From an uncultured Coriobacteriia bacterium (lineage in GTDB: Bacteria; Actinomycetota; Coriobacteriia; Anaerosomatales; PHET01): 64,000 nt of DNA. The DNA is taken from assembly GCA_942493275.1 (NCBI GenBank), contig OW818687.1, positions 1,519,522 through 1,583,521 of the forward strand, written 5' to 3'. Shown here piece after piece: positions 36,479-47,400 of the stretch (within the stretch, counting starts at the first letter, position 1; the number at the start of each line of letters is the position of its first letter). Below the pieces are notes generated by a model, which saw nothing but the letters and a program-made list of their open reading frames with translations, was not told the origin of the DNA and did not search any database. The position numbers and the translations under genes were made by a program.

Positions 36479-37372
36479 ATGGCCGTGCCCGGCACAAGCG
36501 TCCGCGTTCTTCGCATTGTGGGCTGGATCGTTCTCGGTGTGCTGCTCGCGCTCTACGTCGGTTTCCCGACCGCTATGGCGATCGCGGCGATCTATCCGTC
36601 GCGCTCTGAGGTCGGGTCGCCACCTGATGGATTCCGCGAGATCACCATCACCACTGAGGACGGCGTGGCCCTGAAGGCGTGGTACAGAGAGTCCGACAAC
36701 GGCGCCGCCATCATCGTCGTGCATGGCGCCGGCGGCTCGCGCGAGTCCATGCGCCGCCAGTCCGAGATGCTCGGTGAGAACGGCTATGGTGTGCTGGCCC
36801 TGGATCTGCGTGGGCACGGCGACAGCGACGGCTCCACCAACCGACTCGGCTGGGAGGGAACCCGCGACATTGCAGCAGCTGTCGCGTTCCTGGGCGAGCA
36901 GCAGGGCGTGCGGAGCATGGGCGCGCTCGGCTCATCGATGGGAGGCGAGGTGCTGCTCGGCGCGAGCGGGGAGTGCCCAGAGATCGTGGCCGTCGTGGCC
37001 GACGGCGCGACCCGTCGCTGCACCTCTGAGCTGCTTGCGCTCCCTTCTGAACGCCCACTCGTGCGCAACTTCACGGCGCGCGTCATGTACACCGCGGTGC
37101 AGGGATTCACGCGCACGGCGCCGCCGAGCCCACTCCTGGACGAGATGCTCGGAGCAGACTCGACCGAGTTCATGCTCGTCGCCGCGGGTAACAACCAGCT
37201 TGAGACTGCGTTCAACGCGTACTTCGCCGAGGCGCTCGGAGAACGTGCGGAGCTGTGGGTGGCTCCCGGGGTCGATCACACTGGAGCCTTCACGCGCTAT
37301 CCCGACGAGTACGAACAGCGCGTCCTCGGCTTCTTCGCACGCGAACTGTCCGCCGCCCCGGTCTCGGAGTAA
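36479..37372 (+). CDS. Membrane-anchored alpha/beta hydrolase
   Basis: N-terminal TM segment, VVHGAGGSRESM, DLRGHGDSDG, and the nucleophile elbow GSSMGG. Confidence 0.8.
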   Translation: MAVPGTSVRVLRIVGWIVLGVLLALYVGFPTAMAIAAIYPSRSEVGSPPDGFREITITTEDGVALKAWYRESDNGAAIIVVHGAGGSRESMRRQSEMLGENGYGVLALDLRGHGDSDGSTNRLGWEGTRDIAAAVAFLGEQQGVRSMGALGSSMGGEVLLGASGECPEIVAVVADGATRRCTSELLALPSERPLVRNFTARVMYTAVQGFTRTAPPSPLLDEMLGADSTEFMLVAAGNNQLETAFNAYFAEALGERAELWVAPGVDHTGAFTRYPDEYEQRVLGFFARELSAAPVSE

Positions 37373-37383
37373 AGGACGCCACC

Positions 37384-38367
37384 ATGCCGCTTATCGACCA
37401 GCCGCTCGACTGCGGCCCACTGAGTCTCAAGAACCGCCTGGTGATGCCGCCGATGGCGACGTCGAAAGCGCACCCCGACGGGCGCGTGAGCGACGAGTTG
37501 CTCGCCTACTACGACGAGAAGTCGCGCAGCGGTCTGCTGGGGCTGGTGATCACCGAGCACTGCTTCGTGAGCGAGCAGGGCCGCAACCGCATCGGCCAGC
37601 CCTCCGTCGCCGAGGACTCCATGGTCGAGGGGCTCGCTCGCCTCGCGAACGTGCTTCACCGCAACGGCGTGAAGGCGGTCGTCCAGATCAGCCACGCGGG
37701 AGCCTCATCGATGGTGCCCGAGCGGGAACTGGTGGGACCATCCGACGTGGCGACCCCGCTGGGTCTCGGCGCCGCGCCGCGCCCCCTGACCAGCGGCGAG
37801 ATCGCTGACGTGGTCGCGCAGTTCGCGCAGGGAGCGCGGCGCGTGAAGGAGGCTGGCTTCGACGGGGTCGAGATCCACTCAGCCCACGGCTACCTGCTCA
37901 ACCAGTTCTTCTCGCCCCTGACGAATAGGCGCTCCGACGAGTACGGCGGCGACCTTGCGGGCCGAATCCGGTTGCATCTCGAGGTCATCAGCGCGGTCCG
38001 TGCAGCGGTTGGTCCCGAGTTCGCCGTGCTGCTGCGCCTCGGCGCCAGCGACTACCTCGATGGCGGCTCCGAGATCGCCGACAGCGTCGCCGCCGCGCGC
38101 GAGTTCGAGCACGCCGGGGTCGACGCGCTCGACATTACCGGCGGGCTCTCCGGCTACGTGCGGCCGGGGCACAGCGAGCCCGGCTACTTCTCGGAACTCT
38201 CCGAGCCCATCAGGCGAGCGGTGAAGGTCCCGGTCATCCTCACCGGCGGCGTCACCGACCCCAGTCATGCCGAGCACCTACTTGCCGAGGGGGCGGCCGA
38301 TCTCATCGGCGTGGGGCGTGCGCTTTTGAAGGACTCGAACTGGGGGATGAACAACGATGTTGAGTAG
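37384..38367 (+). CDS. NADH:flavin oxidoreductase (Old Yellow Enzyme family)
   Basis: LKNRLVMPPMATS, VEIHSAHGYLLNQFFSPLTNRRSDEYGG. ATG 37384 follows AAGGA, so the track start 37255 is rejected. Confidence 0.85.
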   Translation: MPLIDQPLDCGPLSLKNRLVMPPMATSKAHPDGRVSDELLAYYDEKSRSGLLGLVITEHCFVSEQGRNRIGQPSVAEDSMVEGLARLANVLHRNGVKAVVQISHAGASSMVPERELVGPSDVATPLGLGAAPRPLTSGEIADVVAQFAQGARRVKEAGFDGVEIHSAHGYLLNQFFSPLTNRRSDEYGGDLAGRIRLHLEVISAVRAAVGPEFAVLLRLGASDYLDGGSEIADSVAAAREFEHAGVDALDITGGLSGYVRPGHSEPGYFSELSEPIRRAVKVPVILTGGVTDPSHAEHLLAEGAADLIGVGRALLKDSNWGMNNDVE

Positions 38368-38410
38368 CGGCAGCGCCGCAGTCAGTCACCGACCTGCGAG
38401 GGGAACCGTC

Positions 38411-38692
38411 ATGAAACGCATCGCCCTGGCCGTCACGATCTTGGTCGCAGCGCTCGCGCTCACCGCTTGTGCACCGGATGCCACTGGCGCCGGCGGCGGC
38501 CCGGACGCCGCCGGGTTCCTGACCGGGTGGTGGCAGGGGTTCACGGTGCTGTTCACCTTCTTGTGGTCGCTGTTCAACGACAACGTCGCGATCTACGAGG
38601 TCAACAACAGCGGCGGCTGGTACGACTTCGGCTACCTTCTCGGAATCATGATGTTCTGGGGCGGCGGCGGCGCGGGCTCCCGCGGCCGCTAG
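38411..38692 (+). CDS. Small lipoprotein, unknown function
   Basis: MKRIALAVTILVAALALTAC contains the lipobox LTAC. GAGGGGA lies upstream of ATG 38411. The C-terminal part is hydrophobic and Gly-rich. Confidence 0.55.
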   Translation: MKRIALAVTILVAALALTACAPDATGAGGGPDAAGFLTGWWQGFTVLFTFLWSLFNDNVAIYEVNNSGGWYDFGYLLGIMMFWGGGGAGSRGR

Positions 38693-38702
38693 CCGTCTCG
38701 CG

Positions 38703-40637
38703 TCACCTGACCCGGTTCGATATCTGAGTCTTCACGCTGTCGCTCACCACGCCGGTGCCGCCGAACACGTCCACGCGCCCTATCTCATACGCGCGTCGGG
38801 TGAGGAAGGCGGTCACTCCAGAGGGCACGCTCGTGCTCGGCGTCAGAAGCAGCGGGCTCCCGTAGTAGCCCATGGCCGCGCCGCCGCCGAGTGCGTCGGG
38901 ATAGTTGGTGCCGACCGCCACGCCGAGCGTGTCGAGGTCGATCCAACCGCGCTGGAGGCCCCTTTCGATGACGGCCACGCCGGTGTCGTACCGGCTGGGA
39001 CCGGCGAGGCGATCGAGGGAGGACGAGGCGTGCTGCGCGACGAAGATGTCGATCTCAACGTCATGGCTGATCGCCGACTCGCTGCCGACCACGTAGCCCT
39101 CCTCGGGATAGTACGTGTGGATGAAAGCGTAGGTCTCCGCCGGGAGAGCGTTCGTCTGCACCAGCAGGATCGGCGCGTGCGCGCCTGCTGCAACGGGACC
39201 GGCTGCGAGCGCATCGGGGAAGTTGTCGCCGCGAACGTAGAACGCGACCGGGTCGATGCCGGGAGGCGCCAGCTCGTAGACCCGGGCTCCAACCGCCGCG
39301 GCTGTCGCGTAGCGGTTCGCCCCCGAGATTCTCTCCACGTCGAATCCGAGACCGATCAGCTGGTCGTAGACTGGGTCCGAAACCGCTGCCGTGCCGCCCA
39401 CGATGTAGACCGTCGTAACGCCCAACCGCGTGAGCTCATCCCTCGTCAGCGCGTTGAGCGAACTGGGATCGGTCAGCAGGAGCGGGCCCTGCAGCAGCCG
39501 TGCGAGCGGGGTGGCGCACAGTGCGTCCGGATAGTTGGTTCCCGAGCACAGCACTGCGGTCTTCGCCGCCGAGAAGTACTGCTTGCTCGCCTCGACGGCG
39601 GTAGCATAGCGGCTGTTGCCGGCGGTGCGGTGTGACTCGACGGGCCCGCTGACGATCTGGATGTTGTCGTCGGCCGCGCCCACGTTGATCTCGAAGGCGA
39701 CCTTTCGGCCGAACATCGACGGGTCGCTCTCGTCAGCAGCGACACTTGACGCGGCCTGGGCGTCGAACCCCGAAGCCTGGTACCACAGGTCAGTGTCGCC
39801 GGCCCGGTTCTCCCACGCCTTGTTCTTGTGGAAGACGGTGGGATTTCCGTTGTCGTTTCCCACTGTGCTGTAGCTGATGTAGGAGACCGCTTTAGTCCGC
39901 AGGTCGATCGACTGCGCGTCGAGCATGCCGTCAGCGTTGGTCCGCGTGGTCATCACCGCACGGTCGCCGTGCACCTGCAGCGACATGACGTCGCGTGACG
40001 AGGGCACCGTGTACACGAGCTCGCTCGTCGCGCCTGCGATGCCTGGACGCCACATGCGGATCTGCTCCTCCGCGAGCGACGTGACCCAGACGATGCGCCC
40101 GTTATCAACGTCGTAGTAGTCGACATCGGAGGCGCCGGGAACCGCGATGTTGCTGCTCACGCCCAAAACGCTGCACCTGAGCGAGTTGCTCGTGACGTTC
40201 TCCCATACGACGACGATGCCGTCGACGCGCGGATGGACCTCCGGCCCTGCCGAGACATCACTTGCGACCGTGGTGACCCCTTCGGTCACCGGGTCGTACA
40301 TCCTGACGCTCTTGCTGCCGCCGTCGGTCTCCTCCCAGACGGCTCGGCCTCGCGACACGTCCGGAAAGCGCTGCTCCAGTGCGTCGGTGCCGCTTGCGCT
40401 GAACGCCGTGGTGTTGCTGAGGAACCGCATCATGATGTCGCTATCAGTTCCCATCAGCACGTTCTTCGCCGTCCACACTACGGCGCCGCCGCTGAACTCC
40501 GGGTCGTACTGGTTGGTGTTGCCGCTGGCGATGGTGTCGACGCCCAGTACGCACGTCGCCGCCGTCGCGGAACTCGGCGTCAGCGCGAGCAGCATGATGA
40601 GCGCAAGAGCGAATCGGAAGGAGCTGGAGCGTTTCAT
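38703..40637 (-). CDS. Secreted beta-propeller-like protein with 3 CWB2 repeats
   Basis: Signal peptide is MKRSSSFRFALALIMLLALTPSSATA. Recurrent ..VVW.. strands occur (GGAVVWTAKN, GRAVWEETDG, GIVVVWENV, GRIVWVTS). Three CWB2 units are present (NSRYATAVEAS..YPDALCA..PLLLTD; NRYATAAAVG; SRYDTGVAVI). Confidence 0.8.
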   Translation of the reverse strand: MKRSSSFRFALALIMLLALTPSSATAATCVLGVDTIASGNTNQYDPEFSGGAVVWTAKNVLMGTDSDIMMRFLSNTTAFSASGTDALEQRFPDVSRGRAVWEETDGGSKSVRMYDPVTEGVTTVASDVSAGPEVHPRVDGIVVVWENVTSNSLRCSVLGVSSNIAVPGASDVDYYDVDNGRIVWVTSLAEEQIRMWRPGIAGATSELVYTVPSSRDVMSLQVHGDRAVMTTRTNADGMLDAQSIDLRTKAVSYISYSTVGNDNGNPTVFHKNKAWENRAGDTDLWYQASGFDAQAASSVAADESDPSMFGRKVAFEINVGAADDNIQIVSGPVESHRTAGNSRYATAVEASKQYFSAAKTAVLCSGTNYPDALCATPLARLLQGPLLLTDPSSLNALTRDELTRLGVTTVYIVGGTAAVSDPVYDQLIGLGFDVERISGANRYATAAAVGARVYELAPPGIDPVAFYVRGDNFPDALAAGPVAAGAHAPILLVQTNALPAETYAFIHTYYPEEGYVVGSESAISHDVEIDIFVAQHASSSLDRLAGPSRYDTGVAVIERGLQRGWIDLDTLGVAVGTNYPDALGGGAAMGYYGSPLLLTPSTSVPSGVTAFLTRRAYEIGRVDVFGGTGVVSDSVKTQISNRVR

Positions 40638-40746
40638 GACGTCCCCCCGTCACGTGAGTCTTCCTCCTTGAACTCTACCCACGTCCCAAACGAGACGAGG
40701 TCAGGCGCTGTGCGTCGCCTCGCGGGTGCGCGCTAGTATGGGGGCC

Positions 40747-41898
40747 ATGAGCACACACACCGACACCGCCCGACTCCGCGCCCTCACGGGCATCAAGTGG
40801 CGACGCTACGACGACGACGTCATCCCGGCGTGGGTCGCCGACATGGACTTCGCCACGAGCCCCGCCATAACCGCCGCGCTGCGTGAGATGGTCGACGCGA
40901 GCGACTTCGGCTACAACATGGCGTCTTTTGGTGATGCGATCCCCAAGGCGTGGGCCGCGTGGTCGTCTCGGCGGTTTGGGTGGGAGCCCGACGTCGAGCG
41001 CATCAAGGTGTTCTCGACCTCGCTGCAGGGGATCGCGGCCGCGCTGTCGGTGGGCACCGCGCCCGGCGACGGCGTGGTGCTGCTCACCCCGGTGTACCCG
41101 CCGTTCTGGGGCATGGTCACGGACTCGGGCCGCCGCATCGTCGAGTACCGTCTCGACGAGTCCGGCTGGCGCATCGACCTCGAGCGCCTTCGCGAGGCCG
41201 TGGATCCGGGCACCCGCGCGCTCATCTTGTGCAACCCGCACAACCCGAGCGGGCGTGCGTTCGACGCCACCGAACTCGCGGCGATTCTTACCGTTGCCGA
41301 GGAACGCGACCTGCTCGTCATCAGCGACGAGATCTGGCAAGACATCGTCTACCCGGGCGCCCGCCACATCCCGTTCGCCTCGCTGTGTGCCGAGGCGGCG
41401 TCCAGAACCGTCACCGTCACCGCCGCGAGCAAGAGCTTCAGCCTGGGCGGTCTCAGCTGCGCTGTCGCACACCTCGGACATGCGGCCGTCGCCGAGGCGA
41501 TCCGCGCGCTCCCGCCGCACCTGCTGGGTGGGGTGAACGCGCTCGGAGCGCGCGCGACGCTGGAGGCGTGGACGCACGGCGAGCCGTGGCTTGCTGACAC
41601 CGTCGCGACGCTGCATGCCAACCGCGACCACCTGATCGCGCGCCTGCGCGCCGAGCTACCCGAGGTCCCGGTCGACACCCCGGATGCCACCTACCTCGCG
41701 TGGCTCGACTTCCGCGCAACCTCGCTCGCCGAGGACCCCGCGGCAATACTGCTGGATCGCGGGCGGGTGGGACTGTCGGCCGGACCTGACTTCGGCGCGG
41801 CGGGAGCAGGGTACGCTCGGCTGAACTTCGCGACGCACCGCGAGGTGCTCGGCGAGATCGTCGACCGCATCGTGCGTACGGTGCGCGAGACCGGCTAG
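40747..41898 (+). CDS. PLP-dependent aminotransferase/C-S lyase (MalY/PatB type)
   Basis: GIKWRRYDDDVIPAWVADMDFATSPAI, ALILCNPHNPSGRAF and TAASKSFSLGG (PLP lysine). The start is uncertain (GTG 40726, ATG 40738 or ATG 40747). Confidence 0.8.
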   Translation: MSTHTDTARLRALTGIKWRRYDDDVIPAWVADMDFATSPAITAALREMVDASDFGYNMASFGDAIPKAWAAWSSRRFGWEPDVERIKVFSTSLQGIAAALSVGTAPGDGVVLLTPVYPPFWGMVTDSGRRIVEYRLDESGWRIDLERLREAVDPGTRALILCNPHNPSGRAFDATELAAILTVAEERDLLVISDEIWQDIVYPGARHIPFASLCAEAASRTVTVTAASKSFSLGGLSCAVAHLGHAAVAEAIRALPPHLLGGVNALGARATLEAWTHGEPWLADTVATLHANRDHLIARLRAELPEVPVDTPDATYLAWLDFRATSLAEDPAAILLDRGRVGLSAGPDFGAAGAGYARLNFATHREVLGEIVDRIVRTVRETG

Positions 41899-43592
41899 CC
41901 CCTCGCTCCCGGGTGCCGTCCGCGGCCGCCCATGAGCGCCGCGAGTCCCGGAACCGCCGAGGCGACCATCAACACGGTGCTCAGCGTGGGGTCGCTCTCT
42001 CTCAGCAGTGCGCCCGCGATCAGCAGCCCCGCGAACACCACTGCGCTTGCGATGCGACCGGTCGTGCGTTCGAGCTTGCGGATGCGGAACTCCAGCATCG
42101 GAGTCTGCACGTTGAGCTCGCCGCGCTCGATCTGCGTGAGCACGCGGTCTGCTCGGCCGGGAAGAGCGATGGCTGTCTGGAGGAGTTTCGTGCCCTCGGC
42201 CAGGATGGTGTCCCAGGTCGATCCGCCTTCGTCGGAGATGAGCTCGGAGGCGTAGGGTGCGATCGAGGTCCACACGTTGAACTGCGGCTCGAGCCCTGTG
42301 CACATGCCCGAGAGGATCGCGATGGTCCGGCCCAGCAGCAGCAGGTTCTCGGGCAGCTGGAAGGGCATGTCGAGCATGAGCTCTCGGAACTGCAGGCCAA
42401 AGTGCATCATCTCGGCGTGGTCGATGTTCTTCAGGTCGCCCATGCTCATCCCGCCGAAGCGGTCGAAAGCCTGCATGCTCGCCATCTCGATGAGCTTGAG
42501 GTCCGCTGAGGGCAACAGCACGTCGAGCGTCTTGAACGCTTGGATCATGCGTGCGCCGTCGCGCGTGCCGATTGCCACGAGGGCCTCGCGCAGACCCGCG
42601 CGCAGGTTCTCGGGAACGTGGCCCACCATCCCGAAGTCGATGAAGGTGAGTTGCCAGTTGGGGTTGCCGTCGGCGTCGGTGCCGGCTACCGGGGTGACGA
42701 ACAGGTTGCCCGGATGCGGGTCGGCGTGGAAGAAGCCGTCCTCGAAGATCTGCTGCATGTAGGTGTCGAGCAGCACCTGCGCGACCCGGGCCCGGTCGAT
42801 GCCTGCCGCAGTGATGGCCTCGTAGTCCCCGAGCTTGATCGCCGCGACGTCTTCGAGCGTGAGCGTGCGCCGCGTAGTGAGGCTCCACACAACCGCGGGC
42901 ACGTGCACGCGCGGGTCATCGGCGAAGTTGAGGCCAAATGTCTCGGCGTTGGAGCCCTCGGCGAGGTAGTCGATCTCCGCGCGCGTGGTGATCGCGAACT
43001 CCTCGACCAGCCCCGGCACGTTGGCGCGGCTGCTGACCGGCTTGTAACGCTGCAGCCAGCTTCCGACGCGACGCAGGGCGGCGAGATCGACCTCGACCAC
43101 CTGCTCGATGTAGGGGCGCTGCACCTTCACGACGACGTCGGTGAAGCCGAGCTCCTCGGCATCCTCCTCGCGCAGCCGCGCGCGGTGCACCTGCCCGAGG
43201 GACGCAGCAGCGAGCGGCGTCTCGTCGAACCACTCGTAGTGCGCTGAGAGCGGCTGCCCCAGCTCGGCCTCGGCAAGGGCACGAATAGCCGAGAACTCCT
43301 CGGCGGGGACCTCATCTTGGAGGCCGGCGAGCTCGTCGGTGATCTCAGGCGGCAGCACGTCAAGGCGTGCCGAGAGGAACTGGCCCACCTTGATCATCAG
43401 GCCGCCCATGCGGATCGCGAGCGCACGGAAGCGCACGGCGATGCTCCTGCTCCGCTCGGAGCGGGTCCGGCGCGACCAGCCGCCGAGCCCGATCCGGGGG
43501 AACAGAATCTCCCACATGATGAAGCCTGCCGTCACGCGCGCGAAGAAGAATACGATGCGCCAGTATCGAGCGCGCAACTGCGACCGATTCAT
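41895..43592 (-). CDS. ABC1/UbiB-family atypical kinase with C-terminal TM segments
   Basis: GGLMIKVGQFLSARLDVLPPEITDELAGLQDEVP, AAASLGQVHRA and FFHADPHPGNL. GGAGG lies 4 nt before ATG 43592. Confidence 0.85.
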   Translation of the reverse strand: MNRSQLRARYWRIVFFFARVTAGFIMWEILFPRIGLGGWSRRTRSERSRSIAVRFRALAIRMGGLMIKVGQFLSARLDVLPPEITDELAGLQDEVPAEEFSAIRALAEAELGQPLSAHYEWFDETPLAAASLGQVHRARLREEDAEELGFTDVVVKVQRPYIEQVVEVDLAALRRVGSWLQRYKPVSSRANVPGLVEEFAITTRAEIDYLAEGSNAETFGLNFADDPRVHVPAVVWSLTTRRTLTLEDVAAIKLGDYEAITAAGIDRARVAQVLLDTYMQQIFEDGFFHADPHPGNLFVTPVAGTDADGNPNWQLTFIDFGMVGHVPENLRAGLREALVAIGTRDGARMIQAFKTLDVLLPSADLKLIEMASMQAFDRFGGMSMGDLKNIDHAEMMHFGLQFRELMLDMPFQLPENLLLLGRTIAILSGMCTGLEPQFNVWTSIAPYASELISDEGGSTWDTILAEGTKLLQTAIALPGRADRVLTQIERGELNVQTPMLEFRIRKLERTTGRIASAVVFAGLLIAGALLRESDPTLSTVLMVASAVPGLAALMGGRGRHPGARG

Positions 43593-43637
43593 ATGACCTC
43601 CGAGGTCGTTCGCGAGAATATGCCCGTGTGGGCCGAA

Positions 43638-44216
43638 CTAGTCCTCGGCGAGGATGGCGTAGAGCTTCTTGCGCGCGTCGGCGAGGATCTCGACGGCGGC
43701 GGCGCGCTGCTCGGGAGTACCGCTCTTGCCGAGGGAGAAGACGACCTGCACGAGCTTGCCCGCGGCCTCGCGGTACTCGCCGATACCGGAGTCGCTGCTC
43801 GCGGCCGCGGCTTCCCACGGTGCGGGCTCGGCGGTCATCTCGGCGACTGCGGCAGTGCCTTCGTCGGTGAGGCTGAAGACCTTCTTGCCGGCGGTCTCCT
43901 CGGAAGCGATGAGGCCTTCGTCGGCGAGCAGTTGCAGGGTGGGGTAGACCGAGCCGGCGCTGGGGTTCCAGGCGCCCTCGCTACGGGCCGCCAGCTCCTG
44001 GATGATCTGGTAGCCGTGCATGGGCTGCTCAGCGAGCAGGCGCAGGATGGCGACGCGCATGTCGCCGCGGCGCATGCGGTGGGTGGCGGCGACGAAGCCG
44101 TGAAGGCCACCGGGGCCGAATCCGCCCTTGTGGCCGCCGTGGCCGCCGAAGTTCGGGTGATGGGCGCGCGCGCCGTGGCCGCAGCGACCCTCAGAACCGT
44201 GGTTGTGTCCGTGCAT
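43638..44216 (-). CDS. PadR-family transcriptional regulator with a His/Gly-rich N-terminal extension
   Basis: The winged helix is ILRLLAEQPMHGYQIIQEL...SAGSVYPTLQLLADEGLI. The N-terminus is MHGHNHGSEGRCGHGARAHHPNFGGHGGHKGGFGPGGLHG. GAGGAG precedes ATG 44216. Confidence 0.85.
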   Translation of the reverse strand: MHGHNHGSEGRCGHGARAHHPNFGGHGGHKGGFGPGGLHGFVAATHRMRRGDMRVAILRLLAEQPMHGYQIIQELAARSEGAWNPSAGSVYPTLQLLADEGLIASEETAGKKVFSLTDEGTAAVAEMTAEPAPWEAAAASSDSGIGEYREAAGKLVQVVFSLGKSGTPEQRAAAVEILADARKKLYAILAED

Positions 44217-44244
44217 GGGAGACTCCTCTCGAAGTGTGATAAAG

Positions 44245-44270
44245 GCGATATATCGCTATCTATCGCGATA
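44245..44270. promoter_or_regulatory. Adjacent perfect palindromes GCGATATATCGC and TATCGCGATA upstream of padR (candidate autoregulatory operator/promoter)
   Basis: The palindromes lie at 44245..44256 and 44261..44270, which is 29-54 bp upstream of the padR ATG. This is the AT-richest patch of the intergenic region. Confidence 0.4.
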
Positions 44271-44480
44271 CAAGCAGAAAGCGTGCCGAATCGTGTGACA
44301 GCGGCTGGCGCTGAGGCTCCGACCTGCTGTCGTTTGCCTATCGTCCGAGGCTGGGAATAGCCCACTTTGTGAGACCCTCGGGGAGGATCGTCTTGGCTCT
44401 TTTTGCTGAGCCGCCGCGCGCACGCGCAAGAATAGGGTCGATCGAACACGCGCTACGGCTCCCATTGTCGGGGGGCAGTC

Positions 44481-47400
44481 ATGGGCGCTCGAGAAATCGC
44501 CGGTAGGGTTCTTCGCTGGCGGGTCCTTCTTTGCGTAGGGATCGCACTCATCACAGCGGCGGCGCTGCCTTCGGTGGCCGCCGCTGCCACGTTCTCGGTC
44601 AGTTACGAGAACCCGCCTGACTTCATGTGGGCGAACGGCTTCGCTCCCGACGCCCCGGTCACCGTGACGCTCGATGACCCCTCCACCGGGCCAGGGGTGG
44701 ATCAGACCTACTTCCCGACGACCGACTCCACCGGCTTCTTCAGCCTTGGGCCGATCATCGACTTCGACGCGGGCTGGACCATCACGATGAACGATGGCGT
44801 GACCACCAAGGAACACGTGGTCATACCCATGGGGTTCGATGAGGTCGACCCTGTCACCGACACGTGCTGGGGTTACGCCGCTCCCAACTCGACGGTCCAC
44901 GTCGGCTTCGAAGACTACGACCTCGACATCGTCTACTACCGAGACGTCACCACTGACGGGACGGGCGCGTGGCAAGCGGACTTCAGCGTGCCCGTGCTCG
45001 ACGGGCTGGGGGGCAACGCCGCAGGCGATATCAAGATCACGACGGGCGTGAACCTCACTCAAAGTGACTCTGACGGCGACGCGACTCAGACCAACGGGCA
45101 GCCCGACAACCCCCAGATATGGGTCAGCCTCAATGACGACAACATCTCGGCCCATGGCTGGATCCCGGGTTCGAACGTCGAAATATACGTCGATGATCCC
45201 GCTACGCCCGAGCCGATTGACTACTCCACCAACTTCGCAACCAACTCGCAAGGCACCTTCTGGCCGACTGGCGCACTTCCCTACGACTTCAAGGTCGGGG
45301 ATGTGGTCAGCGCGGTCAGCGGCATGCAGACGACCGAGCTGACGATCGAGTTCGTCCAGATCGACGGCGTCGACCTGGACAACGATTCCGTGTGGGGTCT
45401 CGCAGACCCCGGCGCCTCGGTGTGGGTGGATTCGAGCGTCGGCGACCATGGCGAGGCCATCGCTGACGAAACCGGTGCGTGGGTGTACTTCTCGGGCAAC
45501 GACTTCGCCCAGGGCACGTTCATCACCGCGCACCGGGCCGATGAGGATATGGATCGCTCGCAGGTCAACCACGCTGTGCCCAACCCTCGCTTCGGCGTCG
45601 ACCCGACCATCGATCATGTGATGGGATGGGAGTGGCCTGCCAACACTACGGTGTCGGTATACGTGGATGCGGGCTACGTGGGCAGCACCGGCACGGATGA
45701 CTGGGGCAACTTCAACTTCAATTCCCTGGTCGACGTCACCGAAGGTTCGGTCGTGATGGTGACCGATGGCATTCTCGAGAAGACGACCATCGTCACCGCG
45801 CTCACGCTCACCGACGTGAACCCCGAGACGGACACGATCTCGGGTACCGCGGCCCCGGGCAGCTACGTGCACGTGTGGGTACACGGGATGAATCCCGCGC
45901 ACCGGCTTGCCGCGGTCGACGGCGAAGGCAACTGGGTCGCCGACTTCTCGGTCGCCTTTGGCGAGGACATCACGCGGGACCTCGTCCCGGGCGACAGCGG
46001 AAACGCGAACCAGGAAGACGCGGACGCCGACCAGACCGTCATCCACTGGAACCTCACCCGTCCGAACTTCGGCGTCGATCCGGATACGGATGAGCTCTTC
46101 GGCGCCGACTGGGCGCGCGGTTCCAGCGTGACCATTTCGATCGACGATCCCGGTACGCCCGAGGAACCTGACTTCCAGACCACAGCCGATACCGATCCCG
46201 GATGGGGCAACTTCGGCGTGTGGCTGGGGGACCAGTACGACATCCAGCCCGGCTTTAACATCACTGTGACCGACGGCGACAAGACGGCTCTGCACACCGT
46301 TGCCGCACTGACGATCACGAGCGTCGACCCTGATGCCGACACGGTCTCAGGGACCGGACCCGTGGGCGAGTGGCTGTCGGTGTATCCGTGGGACTCGCCC
46401 ACCAGCCGACAGGTCCAGGTCGACGGCGAGGGGAACTGGCTCGCCGACTTCTCGGTCGCGGGTGATGGCGAGCAGGTTGTCGACATCGTGCCCGGCGCGA
46501 TGGGAGAAGCCGATTGGAATGACGCCGAGAACGACTTCACGCGCGTCATTTGGAGCGTGCCGAATCCGACGTTCGCGGTCGAGTACGACCAGGACGAGAT
46601 ATTCGGCGGCGACTGGGAGCGTAATGCTCAGATCTCGATAACCATCGACGATGCCTCGAACGGCGTCGGGGTGGACTTCGAGACGTCGGCGACGTCTGAC
46701 GACTGGGGCAGTTTCGATTCCTGGTTCGGAGGCGAGTTCGACGTCGATGTCGGCGACACGGTCACCGTGAGCGACGGCGTGCGGCAGAAGGACCACCTGG
46801 TTCTCCACGTCGACACAACCGGCGCAGATGCGGATCTTGACCTCGTCTGGGGCTGGGCGGACCCGGGTGCAGAGGTCCGCGTCGCGGTGTACGACTACGA
46901 CGTGAGCAAGACGGTCACTGCTGATGGCGGAGGCTACTGGTATGCCGACTTCGCCACCGGCGAGCCGTGGGAAACCGCGGATCTGATGCTCGGCAACACC
47001 GGTGCAAGCAACCGGATCGATGAAGACGGTGACTCGTCACAGTCGTCCTTCAGAATCGCCGCGCCAAGCTTCGCGGTGAGGCCGGAAGAGAACGCGATCA
47101 ATGGTTGGGACTTCGCGCCGAACCAGGTGGCCCACATCACCATCGACGATATCTTCATGCCTGGCACGGTCGACTACGAGCAGTGGGTGCCGGTCGACGA
47201 TTGGGGCGGGTTCGAGTGGTGGTGGGATCCGGCCGAGTTCCAGGTCGCTGCAGGCCAGGTGGTGACCGTTGAGTGCGACGGTGTGACCAAGACCCACATC
47301 GTGACAGCCGTGGTAGTCACCGAGCTCAACGCAGATACCGACGTCGTCGCGGGCACGGCAGAGCCGGGCACGTGGGTGGACGTCTACATATACGAAGGCG

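Noticed and set aside
35585-36817. 410-aa minus ORF spanning the rhodanese end, the membrane-protein gene and the hydrolase start. The 61983..63326 plus ORF over the Ig-like gene is similar.
   Set aside because: They cross a clear divergent promoter region and well-supported genes. Composition is Arg/Gly/His-rich and non-protein-like.
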